A DNA stretch of 64,000 nt from NCBI RefSeq assembly GCF_009834535.1, contig NC_045696.1:111044001-111108000 (forward strand), in the 5' to 3' direction. The notes under the pieces were generated by a model. That model had not been told where the DNA came from. It was given only the letters and a program-made list of their open reading frames with translations, and did no database searches. Position 1 is the first letter of the stretch. Every line of letters begins with the position of its first letter. The position numbers and the translations under genes were made by a program. Of this stretch, positions 1-12,415 are shown piece after piece. Source of the DNA: Camelus ferus. Taxonomy: Eukaryota.

Positions 1-2039
1 AGCACATACTTTTTTTTTTGTGAAAAATAAAGAGGATGACACCCATGTAGTGCTTAGTTCATATTCAATAACTATAAGCTTTCCCTCTAACAATTAGTAT
101 TGTCTAGCGAAGGTGGCACATCCACATGCAACCAAAGCATGAATATTATTTAAGAATCTCTAGGCTTTTCATTTAAATTAAACAATTCTTTGTACTGTTA
201 AAAATTAAGAGACATTTGCTATATTTGAAATTTTGTGAAGAAAGTGAGATAATTAAATTCTGCATGATTCCAATTTGTATACAATGTGACTAGCCCTGGA
301 TCTCATTGGGTTGTCACAAACAATAAATATGTCAATGTCCACAAGTCTCACACAGCCCAGGGCCCGAGGTTAATAATAACCATCTCCATGTAGTGGGATT
401 GGGCACTTGGGACAGAAGGAAAAATCACTGTTTCTCCAGTATATCTTGCAACAATTAACCTAATAAATTGAGTAGCTTTTTCTGTTCCAGCCTAGAATTG
501 GTTTGTTTAGGAGCATAAGGGAGGGAGTTGGTGATTGTTGCCTACCCATCCCCATGTCAGGAGAGGTTTCAGAAAACTAAAATTCCGCTGAGGGACAGCT
601 GCTGTCTGAGATGCTTTCTCGTCTTCATAACTTGGACAAAAACCGTGTGAAATTTTAGGTCTTAGAGAAAAATGTCTCAGTACATGCGAAGCTGATTAAA
701 AAGTCCTCACAACCCCTTTTAATACCACACTGCCCCTGGCCATGGTATCAGTTTTTAGAGTGAAAGTTGATTTATTCCCTGTGGAAAAAAATCTATCAAA
801 AGTCTATGTAGGAGTCCAAAAGGAGCCCTGCCTGTCTCCCCAGAGTCAGATTCTTTTTATCTTTCTATGTATCTATGTATGTGTGTATCTATGTATTTTT
901 TCTTTATTTATCCATTTATTCACCAAACTTACATTAAGGCTTTACCATATGTGAATTGGCAACGATATGGACAGAATGCTGGAAAGGACCTGGGTGAGTT
1001 TTCTTTGGATCAGAACATCTGAACAGGCTGCTGCCTAAACATGACTAGTTTTGTTCTCTGAGTGGGGAAAATAAGGAGTCAGTTAACTCTAAGAAACTTC
1101 GCCTTGATGTTAAGCATCTTGCTTCTGCAACCATACCTTGAACAATAAGCATCGTTATCTAGTTAACTTCCCTTTCTGAAGCACAATCACCTTTCCAATA
1201 GTTTCTGACTTATTGATAAGTAGGAGCATCTTGTTTAAGGACAGCCTGAGGCATGGGATCCAATGGCAGCATATAAACACCTATATGGTTTTTGTTTGAA
1301 TAGCTCTCTTGTATAACTTTGAGACCTGTCTGAAAATGCTGACTTCCTCTCAATCTGGAGACAAGACACTGTGTTTGATTTCTAGGACACAAGTTTTCTT
1401 TTTCCCTCCCTCTGTTGTCATAGGGACCTTAAAAGACATTTTTCAGACCAAAGGATATAAAAAAACACAACCTTGCAAATGAATTTCTGGTGCCCTGTTT
1501 CATTAATACCTTTCAGTGAGAGCAGAAAGGAGTGGTGTCAGAGTGTAATTTCACTTATAAAGCCAAGCAGAAAATGAATTTCTCACCGTGGGAGTCTGTA
1601 TTAGTATGCATGACTGTGTGGAGGCCAGTTTCTGAAATCACAGGAGCCAGTTCAAGGGAGCATTAAATTACCACAAAAAGGAAAACAATGTGCATCAATA
1701 AACAGTAGTGGGGGAGGCTATCCCATGACATCTAACCTTTTAAAAAGTTGTTTTTTTTTTTTTTTTATAAAAGATAATTTTAAAGCTATTACAAGGCTAC
1801 ACTAATCTTAACTTCCTGGATCACCATTAGGATCCAATTCGTAATCGTTCAAGGTTTTAAAAAAATATGTGAGAACATTCCTGTTAGAGATAGGAAGGCG
1901 ATGGATAATGACTGAAAATTAATACATACTCCAGGTCCCACAAGATCTACTAAAGGCAAGGCAGATCCCTACCTGAGGTTCTCTTACAGCATGAAGAAGT
2001 CTTTCTGGAATATCCTGAGATGATTTTGGCCTTCGGAGC

Positions 2040-2210
2040 TTTACGTCTTCTGGATTAAAATCTCAGCGCTTCCATTTACAGGCTGCGTGACCCAGGGCAG
2101 TTTGCCAAACATTCTGAGTCTCAACTTTCTTATTGGGAAAATGGAAAAAAAATATATATATTATGATTTGGCAGTGAAGATAAATGAGGGGGCATGTATA
2201 AAATACTCTC
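2040..2210 (+). mobile_element. MIR SINE fragment (ancient)
   Basis: Degenerate MIR core: ctggattaaaatctcagcgcttccattta...tgtgacc-like...ctgagtctcaactttcttattgggaaaatgg. Confidence 0.7.
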
Positions 2211-2714
2211 TCTAAGAGCGCTTCCATAAGTGAGTGCTTTGGTCCCCAGAGAATGAGGCTGATGGCTCGTGGAGCATCTCCATTCCCTCAAGGACAGGTC
2301 ATGAAAAAGTAGAATAAATGATCAAAGTCAAGAGAAGGGAATGTGAAAATAAAGTATAGTTAGAATATAACACATTAACGTTCTCATTAAGATTCTGTAC
2401 TGTGACTTTCGCAAAAGTGATTTCGACCATAAAATGTGTACCGTGAGTTTTAATGAGCATCTTCAAAGTGGGTTCTTAAACTGTGCTGAGTTTCAGCTGT
2501 CCTTTTCTGTGACTTCCTTTCTTCAGTTGGTTGGATAAATCAATGTTCAGATAAGTCCAGTTATATTTTGCTTTGTTTTGTTTGATTGGGTTGTTTTACT
2601 CTCCACTGCATGTTATAAAACACAGACCAAATTGTAGTGGCAAATTCTGTAATCTTTGTCCACGTAGGCAGTTATGAGGATCTAAAAGAGCAAAAGTCAA
2701 TTGAGAAATGACGT

Positions 2715-3230
2715 TTCCGCTCTTTAAAACTTCAAATGGATCCCTTTACACTGAGAGTGAAATTTGAGCTTCTCGTCATGGGCATGCTGTGGCTCCTGCC
2801 TCCCTCTGACCTCATCGTCTTCCATGTTCTCCCTCAGTCATTACATTCTAGACACTTTGGCCTTTCTCCTCCTAAATTATTTTGCCAGCCTTGTTCCAGC
2901 CTCAGGCTCTTTGACTCCCCAATATAGAGTGGGCTCCCCCAGGGCCTCACCTGCCTGGTTCCTTGTAGTTATTCAGCTTCTAGTGCCAGGATTTATGCCT
3001 CAGAAGGACCTTCTTCTAACTAACGTACTCATCCTCTTCTCATTCTGTTTTCCTCTTAGGGTGGACCACTGTATGAACTTGTCTTATTCATTTATTTTCT
3101 TTACACTGTCTGTCTCCACCCCCTCCTTCCCCACTAAAATGCAAGTTCCATAATGGCAGGAGGTCCTGGTAGTGGACCACTACCAGGAACAGCACAAACC
3201 ACTCATTCAATGAATGAATGAAATGAATCA
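2715..3230 (+). mobile_element. L2 LINE 3' end fragment
   Basis: Pyrimidine-rich L2-like body ending in gcaagttccataatggcagg and the (tgaa)n tail aatgaatgaatgaaatgaat. Confidence 0.65.
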
Positions 3231-3574
3231 ATTGTTTCTTTCAATTGTGAGCATTTCTGCTGGTGTTTTTGTCTTCAGAAGGGCTAGTTCATAAACATTT
3301 AAATCAAAAATAGTTTAGTAGAAGAACAAAAAATTGAATAGCTACCCCAAAGTTGCCCTTTTCTTCCCATAATAACAAATGGGCCCTGGAAGGAGAAGCA
3401 AGAGGTCTGGATCCTGGTCAATGATCCAGTCACTTCACCTCTCTAAGCCTCTGTTTCTTCATGTATCAGCAAGGAAGTAAATGATTTTTAAAATATCCTG
3501 TAACATCTTATGATTTTTAATGGAAACACCAAATTGGGTTATCTGACATTACAGTAGATGTTCATAAAATTTTG

Positions 3575-4050
3575 CATGACAACATGGATAGATCTTGAGA
3601 GCACTGTGCTAAGTGAAATAAGTCAGGCAGAGAAAGACAAATACCGTTTGATTTCATTTATGTGTGGAATCTGAAAAAAACAAAAACAAAAACAAAAAAA
3701 CCCAAACTCATAGACAGAACAAATTGGTGATTCCCATAGGCAGAGGGTAGGAGAGTGAATACAATGTGAAGGGGCTTAAAAGGTGAAAAATTATAGTTAT
3801 AAAATAAGTCATGGGAATGTAACATACAGCATGGTGACTATAATCAATAATACTGTTTTGCACATTTGAAAATTGCTAAGAGAGTAAATCTTCAAAGTTC
3901 TCATCACGAGAAAAAAATTGTAACTATGTATGCTGACAAATGTCAGTCAGAATTACTGTAGTGATCATTTCACAATATATACAAATAGTGGGTCATTATG
4001 TTATACAATTGATGCTAATACAATGTTATGTTACTTTATACTTCAAAAAG
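3575..4050 (+). mobile_element. Older L1 3' end (ORF2 C-terminus and 3' UTR, L1MA/MB-like)
   Basis: acaacatggatagatcttgag...ctaagtgaaataagtcaggcagagaaagacaaatac is the conserved L1 ORF2 end, followed by a typical 3' UTR. Confidence 0.85.
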
Positions 4051-5809
4051 TAAATTACCAGTGGATGCTGCCTATTCTGATCTTTAGTTAAAATAACTCA
4101 GAATTTCTAAGTGAAAAAAGAAGTTTGCATGAAATTTAAGTTAATAGATCAGTTATTGTTGACATCTTTGAACTTTGCTGTAGGTTTACGTCATGAGAGT
4201 TCCTTACAATTTTTTTAGTACAAGAATGGGAGACAGGAAGCTATAAATCCCCCTGCCATCTTCTTCCTGGAGGAGACAACCAGACTCCACAGATAATATC
4301 TGCAACTTGTACCTCATCTACACAGATAACACTGTAATTTACAGACATATTACTTATAAGGTGCAGACAAAGGTACTAGTTGACAAAAAGCAATCTTCCC
4401 AGTTTTCAACTGGCTGCTTTTCTATTATGTAGATACACCTATAAAAAGTTATTAACAATTCTGATATATTTTATAAGGCATGGATTCTAGTTTCACTTGC
4501 ACTGGTGAGTTGAATGTCCTTAGACACTTCGGGCTGCAGAGACCTCATTTTGGAAATAATCCTTCAGACCCTACAAATTTCTTGAAATTGTGACTCTGAC
4601 TTTTAATTTTCTGAGTTGATATCTACTGCAAGCCAACTTTATTTAAACATATCTATAAAATTTTTTTTAAAAAGAAGAAACTGGTCAAAAATTAAAGCCA
4701 CAATGGAATTTTTAGAGGAGAAATGGTATCTTAATGTTCTTCGTTAAACATACTAACCTTCTTCAGGGTGGGGAATAGCCTGAGATGAAGAGAGTGATGA
4801 TAGCAGGTGTCTCTTCCCACCTCTCACAAGAGGAGGTTTGACACAAGGCATCCAGAATGCAGGATCATTGCAATGGGCCGACTGCTCTGTGAGCTCTATG
4901 ACAAGAGTTGGTTATTGGTCTGTGGAGTGATGTCCATTGTTCCTGTAATTTGAATCTTTTGTTGCTTATTTTAAATTTTTATTCTTTTTATTTATTAGAC
5001 TCTTGAAAAATAGATTGAGAACCATAACTGTAAAACATCAAGATACTAGAGTCATGTGTACGTGTGTATGAATGTGCATTTGAGGATTTTAACAGTCAAG
5101 CAAACTCAGTAGAGTTAGACCTGAAGATGGACTTTCAATGGCTTTCTCAGTGTTGTGATTAGGGATGACTTATGAAGAAGATGTAGCCAATGGTTATTTT
5201 GGGACATGTTTTCAGCAATTCTGAAAGATAAGTTTCTGATCCCAAGCTCTTTTTTCACACTACTGCATATCAAACCTATTGATTGTTACAGGTAGATAAT
5301 TAGCAGCTGCTGTATTAGAATTGCTGTGTAACGAGTCACTCCAAAATGTAGTGGCTTAAAAGAACTATTTATTTATTTAAGGTCATGAATCTACAACATT
5401 TGCTCACTTTGACTGGCTAATTTTCTTCCCTGACTTGGGTTTCACCTGGTGTTTAGCCTTTGTGGCATGGAATTTTTATACCTACTGGATAAACTTTGAA
5501 GTCTTTCCTAGGAAAAAACATGTTTTGAAACTCTACACAGCACACAGACATCTGCTACATGACTCCTGATACTGCCACGTGGCCTTATCAGAGTGGGCAT
5601 ATCTCCTTAACAGTCACAGTGATGGCGAGTGTCTTCTCTTAGCGTATGTTCTTTCCTTTTGCTTGTTTAACCATAGGATGGTCCTTATCCATCGCTGGCG
5701 ACTTTAATTGACTTTCTTTAAAGAAAAGCTCATGAAAAAATTCAAGGGTATATATCACTTACACTAAACTTCTTAAAAAAACTCTAACATATCAAGTTAC
5801 TGAATCCTA

Positions 5810-6179
5810 AGCCAATATCTTGTAATAACTATAAATGAAGTATAGCCTTTAAAAATTGGAAGAGATAGACTGGGATTTCAAAATTCTAGAATAGATAAAC
5901 AAGGTTATACTGTATAGCACAGGGAAATATATACAAGATCTTATGGTAGCTCACAGAGAAAGGAATGTGACAATGAATATACATATATTCATGTGTAACT
6001 GAAAAATTGTGCTCTCCACTGGAATTTGAAACAACATTGTAAAATGATTATAAATCAATAAAAAATGTAAAAAAATTGTGAATCATTATATTGTACACCT
6101 GTAACATATAATTTTGTACATAAATGATACTTCAATAAAATTTTTTAAAAGAAAAAAATACTTAAAAAAAGAAAAAAGA
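5810..6179 (+). mobile_element. Short L1 3' end with A-rich tail, carrying a nested younger L1 3' end (5859-6070)
   Basis: Outer TSD aagttactgaatccta at 5794-5809 and 6180-6195; inner TSD aaaaattg at 5851-5858 and 6071-6078. The inner piece is the reverse complement of the 3' end of the L1 at 7215. Confidence 0.85.
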
Positions 6180-7214
6180 AAGTTACTGAATCCTAGGCAG
6201 AGCTTGAAGTTTATTTTTAAATAATTAGGCAAATCTGGCACAACAGAAGCTTTTCCTTCCTTATACTTTCTCTAAACAGATTCTCTGCTTAAATTCTGAG
6301 ATTTATTAATAGCAGTTATTCACAAACTGTTAAGAGGCATTCCCTCTCTACCCCTACATGTGTGTCTATTTCTTTATCTACCTACCTATCACCTATCTAT
6401 TTATATATTTCTTAGGAACGAACCCCTCCTTTTCATTGATATCAAATGCCTCATTGCTTTTTAATGAAATATCACAGTAAAATAATTGGTATTTATTCTT
6501 ATTCTAAGACTCTTAACATAAAATGTAAAATACAGCGTCTTCCTTTTTCTTCTCTAATTTTGCAGTTCAAACAGTAGCAACTGAAAGGGGAAGCTAGAGA
6601 AAGGCAATCTTAATATTTTCTTGCATATTTTAACTGTTATTGATAAAACATGAAGAATGTACTTTTTGGAGCCTTCATGCATACAGTAGTTACCTTGTAT
6701 TATTTCCTTCACCATCCTCTACAAGTTGTTTAAAGGCCAAAAGGAATTAGAGACCAAAAGAAACATAAGCACACTGAGGTGGAACCACTTTCCCTGGCAT
6801 ATACAACACATTGTGAATGCAGCCATAACATGTCCATAAGACATCCATGCCACAGTGAAAGACTGAAGACCAGCTAAACCCCCCAGCAGTTAATAATTTG
6901 TCATCTTAGTTGCAGCACTTGTGAAGAAATAGTTTCTCTGTTTGGTGATCCAGGCAATCCTTACAAAGCGCAACTGAAATTTCCAGATAAACTATATATT
7001 GATATTTATACTTCTAACAAATCCATCATGTTTCTCTCAGGTGAAATAGTTTCTTTAATCTTTTGATATTGCCAAATCTGAATCAAATTTAAAACTTGCA
7101 TATTCCTCCTTTGATTGATTAAAATGAAGTCACGTTATTTTATTGAGATTCTTGGTTCATGGTAGACTTTTGATTTCAGTGGCAAGGAAGCACTTCAGAT
7201 AAAAAATTGCTTCT

Positions 7215-9643
7215 TTTTTTTTAACGTTTTTTATTGCATTATAGTGATTTTATAATGTTGTGTCAAATTCCAGTGTAGAGTACAATTTTTCAGTTATACA
7301 TGAACATACATATATTCATTGTCACATTTTTTTTTTTTTGCTGTGAGCTACCACAAGATCTTGTATATATTTCCCTGTGCTATACAATATAATCTTCTTT
7401 ATCTATTCTGCATATGCCTGTCAGTATCTACAAATATTGAAATCCCAGTCTGTCCCTTCCCACCCCCCACCCCCTTGGCAACCACAAATTTGTATTCTAT
7501 GCCTAAGAGTCTATTTCTGTTTTGTATTTATGCTTTGTTTGTTTGTTTGTTTGCTTGCTTGCTTGTTTGTTTGTTTTAGATTCTGTATACGAGCAAACCC
7601 ATATGGTATTTTTCTTTCTCTTTCTGGCTTATTTCACTTAGAATGACATTCTCCAGGATCATCCATGTTGCTGCAAATGGCATTAAGTTGTCGGTTTTTA
7701 TGGCTGAATAGTATTCCATTGTATAAATATACCACCACTTCTTTATCCAGTCATCTGTTGATGGACATATAGGCTGTTTCCATGTCTTGGCTATTGTAAA
7801 TAGTGCTGCTATGAACATTGGGGTGCAGGTGTCATTTTGAAGTAGGGTTCCTTCTGGATATGTGCCCAGGAGCGGGATTCCTGGGTCATATGGAAAATCT
7901 ATTCCCAGTCTTTTGAGGAATCTCCATACTATTTTCCATAGTGTCTGCACCAAACTGCATTCCCACCAGCAGTGTAGGAGGGTTCCCTTTTCTCCACAAC
8001 CTCTCCAGCATTTGTCATTCATGGACTTTTGAATGATGGCCATTCTGACTGGTGTGAGGTGATACTTCATTGTGGTTTTGATTTGCATTTCTCTGATCAT
8101 TAGTGATATTGAGCATTTTTTCATGTGTGTATTGATCATTTGCATTTCTTCCTTGGAGAATTGCTTGTTTAGGTCTTTGGCCCATTTTTGGATTGGGTTG
8201 TTTGTTTTTTCCTTATTAAATCATATGAGCTGCTTATATATTCTGGAGATCAAGCCTTTGTTCGTTTCATTGTTTGCAAAAATTTTCTCTCATTCTGTAG
8301 GTTGTCTTTTTGTGTTACTTACGATTTCCTTTGCTGTGCAGAAGCTTGTAAGTTTCACTAGGTCCCATTTGTTTATTCTTGCTTTTATTTCTATTGCTTG
8401 GGTAGACTGCCCTAGGAGAACATTTCTGAGATATATGTCAGATAATGTTTTGCCTATATTTTCTTATAGGAGGTTTATTGTATCTTGTCTTATGTTTAAG
8501 TCTTTGATCCATTTTGAGTTGATTTTTGTATATGGTGTAAGGGAGTGTTCTAGCTTCATTGTTTTACATGCTGCTGTCCAGTTTTTCCAACACCATTTGC
8601 TGAAGAGACTGTCTTTATTCCATTGTATATTGTTGCCTCCTTTGTTGAAGATTAGTTGACCAAAAATTTGTGGGTTCATTTCTGGGCTCTCTATTTTGTT
8701 TCATTAGTACATACGTCTATTTTTGTACCAATACCATGCTATGTTGATGACTGTAGCTCTGTAGTATTGTCTGAAGTCTGAGAGAGTTATTCCTCTAGCC
8801 TCTTTCTTTTTCTTCAGTAATGCTTTGGCAATTCTAGGTCTTTTGTGGTTCCATATAAATTTTATTATAATTTGTTCTAGTTCTGTGAAATATGTCCTGG
8901 GTAATTTGATAGGGATTGCATTAAATCTGTAGATTGCCTTGGGCATTGTGACCATTTTAACAATATTGATTCTTCCAATCCAAGAGCACGGGATATCTTT
9001 CCATTTTTTAAAGTCTTCTTTAATTTCCTTCATCAATGGTTTATAGTTTTCTGTGTATAATTCTTTCACCTCCTTGGTTAGATTTATTCCTAGGTATTTT
9101 ATTACTTTGGGTACTATTTTAAAGGGGATTGTTTCTTTCTTTTTCTGTTGATTCATCATTAGTGTAAAGAAATGCAACTGATTTTTGAATGCTAATCTTG
9201 TAACCTGCTACCTTGCTGAATTCTTCGATCAGCTCTAGTAGTTTTTGTGTGGACCTTTAAGGGTTTTCTATATATAGTAACATGTCATCGGGATATAGTG
9301 ACACTTTTACCTCTTCTTTTCCAATTTGGATCCCTTTTATTTCTCTCTCTTGCCTGGTTGCTGTGGCTAGGACTTCCAAGACTGTTGAATAGGAGTGGTG
9401 ATAGTGGGCATCCTTGTCTTGTCCCAGATTTTAGTGGAAAGCATTTGAGTTTTTCACCATTGAGTTCTATGCTGGCTGTAGGTTTGTCATATATAGCATT
9501 TATGATGTTGAGTTATGTTCCCTCTATACCCACTTTGGTGAGAGTTTTTATCATAAATGGGTGCTGAATTTTATCAAATGCTTTTTTCTGCATCTATTGA
9601 GATGATCATGTGGTTTTTGTCCTTTCTCTTGTTGATGTGATGT
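7215..9643 (-). mobile_element. Young 5'-truncated L1 (RT region to 3' UTR and poly-A), ORF2 disrupted
   Basis: Perfect 15-bp TSD taaaaaattgcttct at 7200-7214 and 9644-9658; poly-T at the left end. Minus-strand ORFs 7576-8145 ([18 protein letters not shown] zinc knuckle), 8464-8679 and 8704-9177 ([17 protein letters not shown]) are broken ORF2 pieces. Confidence 0.97.
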
Positions 9644-10339
9644 TAAAAAATTGCTTCTGATCTGGGTCTTGGTTACCATTGGTTGCAAGCTGTACTGAGT
9701 AGAGATATATATGGTCACCCTATTTACAAGGTAATGATTTTTTTTTCTTTTTTACATTCTAGGTTCATGCTTCATTAGATATATCTTAATTTTTATAAAC
9801 TTAGATCAATTTTTATAAATCTCTCTTTTGGTTCCTTTTCTTGGCCTTTAGTATTTCTTAAGTATTTGATTTTCAAAATAGTATAGTTGATATAGTTGAT
9901 CTAGTCCACTGACTGTGTGATGGTTTCTGAAAGCCATGGTGTGAGTAAACATTCAAACTCTTAATGTTTTTATTTTTCCCTTAAGATGAAAAAAATACCA
10001 TTTTGACACCAACTAAGCTAGGTTCATGCAGATTAAATAAAACTTTATTTACAGCTTCAAAAACAGCACAGCTTCCACAGAAATGTTAAGGGCTTTTATG
10101 TCTTGAACATGATTTTGCAGCAGAGAAATCAGACTCTTTCTTTCAGGTCTTGATTCTCCCCTGTTATAAAAATGAAACTTCTGTATAAAGAAGCCACCTA
10201 GCACTCACAACACATCCTCAGATCATGCACTTTGCAAAACTGGAAAGACTGTGGGACTCATGATTGTCTTGATAACCTTTGCCAACATTTCTTTGCAAAG
10301 AAACCCAAAAACCCAAAACCAAAAAACAAAAGCAAAAAG

Positions 10340-11100
10340 AAACAAGAAAACATTTCTATCTTCTGTGGAGCTTGGCGGTTTTAATCTAAGTGTTTCTCTC
10401 TGTTCCGTATTGAAATCTCACTAAAATTACGTAAAAGGAAAAAGCGATAAAAGAATAAAGCTATGAGGACAAAGAGAACTGGACAGAACAACAGGAGGGG
10501 AAGCATGGCCTCAGTTGGAAGCATGATGACTAACACAGCAGAGAAAGCTGAAACTTAAGAGTGCACAGGATGGCTACTAAGGGGAAATCAATGTCCCATA
10601 CTCCTCCTTGGAAAGTCCCTGGAATTGGAGAATCAATGAAACATGGGTGAAAGCATGGGGCTGAGAAGAGGGATATTAGTTAAATTAATGTATAATAAGA
10701 TGTTTACCATTCTCACTTGCTACAAGTGTTTCTCTTAACCCTGGAGAAAAGGTAGAGGTTTATTGTCTTGAGAGTCTTGAGCCTCTGAGACATACAACAT
10801 GGGTAAAGTTAAAGGTGAAAAACCAAAATCAAAACAGGAAGACTCTCTTAAATTATGAGACTCTTCAGCAACCCTTCTTCCCTGTCCTCAGAATTCCAGT
10901 ATCAGGGCTTAAAGTTCCCCAAGAAGGAGATGATAGGCTCCTTCTCTAGAAAATAATGGGCCCCCCAGTAAAGACCTGTAGATAATGACCTTTGGAGAGA
11001 CATAATGAAGGGGCTATCTATGTATGGCAGACTGAAGTTGTATAAAATCTGCTCTGTTATAGACAATATAGTTTTGCAATACAGTCTCATTGGCTACGTT
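10340..11100 (+). mobile_element. Possible ancient L1M 5' region
   Basis: Purine-rich sequence resembling degenerate L1M 5' UTR; no ORF support. Confidence 0.35.
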
Positions 11101-11224
11101 TTTTTTGGCTCAACCACTAAAAGTGTCAGTTTTACAACTGAAGTCAAGTAGAGCTGATTCATCCCATTTGAGAAAATTAAATCTCCAGACAATCGCAGAG
11201 TAGATGAGCAATGTTTTCATAATA

Positions 11225-12415
11225 TCTTTGTTTGAGTCCCATAGAAACAAACCCTGAGATTAAAGAATAAAAAATCTGTTTGGCTATTCTTTATCTCTCC
11301 TATTCTATAGAATAGTCTTGCTGGATAGAGTATCCTAGGTTGCAGCTTTTTCTCATTCAGGACTTTGAATATATCTTGCCCCTCCCTTCTGGCCTGCAAT
11401 GTTTGTGTTGAGAAATCAGCTGAAAGTCTTATGGGGTTTCCCTTGTAATTAACTCTTTGTTTTTCTCTGGCTGCTTTTAGAATAATTTCTTTATCTTTAA
11501 CTTTGGTTATCTTAGTTATAATATGTTTTGGTGTAGGTCTCTTTGGGTTCTTTTAGTATAAATAATGCTATTTGCAGCAACATGGAGAATGTCATTCTAA
11601 ATGAAGTTAGCCAGAAATAAAAAAAAGAATACTGTATGATATCACTCATATGTGGAGTCTAACAAAAGAAAAGACACCAATGAACTTAGTTACAAAACAG
11701 AAACAGACTCGCAGACATAATAAACAATCTTATGGTTACCAAAGGAAAGGGAGTGGGAAGGGATAAATTTGGGAGTTCGAGATTTGCAAATATTAGCTAC
11801 TATATATAAAAGAAGATTAAAAAACAAATTTCTTCTGTATAGCACAGAGAACTATATTCAATATCTTATAATAACCTTTAATGTAAAAGAATATGAAAAT
11901 GAATAAATGTATGCATATGAGTGACTAGGACATTATGCTGTATACCAGAAATTGACCCATTATAACTGACTATACTTCAATTTTTTAAAAAAACCTATTT
12001 GGGAGGCAATCTCAGAGAACACTAGAAGAGGAGTGGAGATAAGACAGAGGAGGAAGGCAGCCAATAAAGGGTTTAATATCAATAAAGTTACCATTGATAA
12101 CTTGGCATAACTGGGGGAAGATGGAGCTTAATCCTTCTATGGACCATGCCAGTGTGAGGACTACACCACAGAGTTATTCCTCCTAAGATGGGAGGGAGCT
12201 GGGAAATTCATAAAACAATTCAAATCTTGCATTGATGGAAGGCTACTCCAGGGGAGCATTAGCTTCCTGGCACTTCCAACCTGCCATGTAGGCAGCAAAG
12301 TGAGTTCCAAGAGCTAGGGAAAGACTTCAAGTAGAGTAGGATGCAGCTGGAAGTCTAGCAGGTATGCACTGAGTAGGGTGTGCTAGAGAATTTGGGTAGG
12401 GCACAGCTAACAGCT
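11225..12415. mobile_element. Ancient MaLR/ERVL-type LTR split by the L1 at 11284-11985
   Basis: gaaacaaaccctgagattaaagaa...tttgggaggcaatctcagagaacac reads through once the L1 is removed and resembles old MLT1/LTR33-type LTRs. Confidence 0.55.
11284..11985 (+). mobile_element. L1 with 5' inversion: antisense ORF1 piece (about 11284-11555) joined to sense ORF2 end and 3' UTR (about 11560-11985)
   Basis: Minus-strand ORF MQARREGQDIFKVLNEKKLQPRILYPARL is the ORF1p C-terminal domain; the plus strand carries gcagcaacatgg...aaatgaagttagccaga and the 3' UTR. Imperfect TSD taaaaaatctgtttgg (11268-11283) / taaaaaaacctatttgg (11986-12002). Confidence 0.85.
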
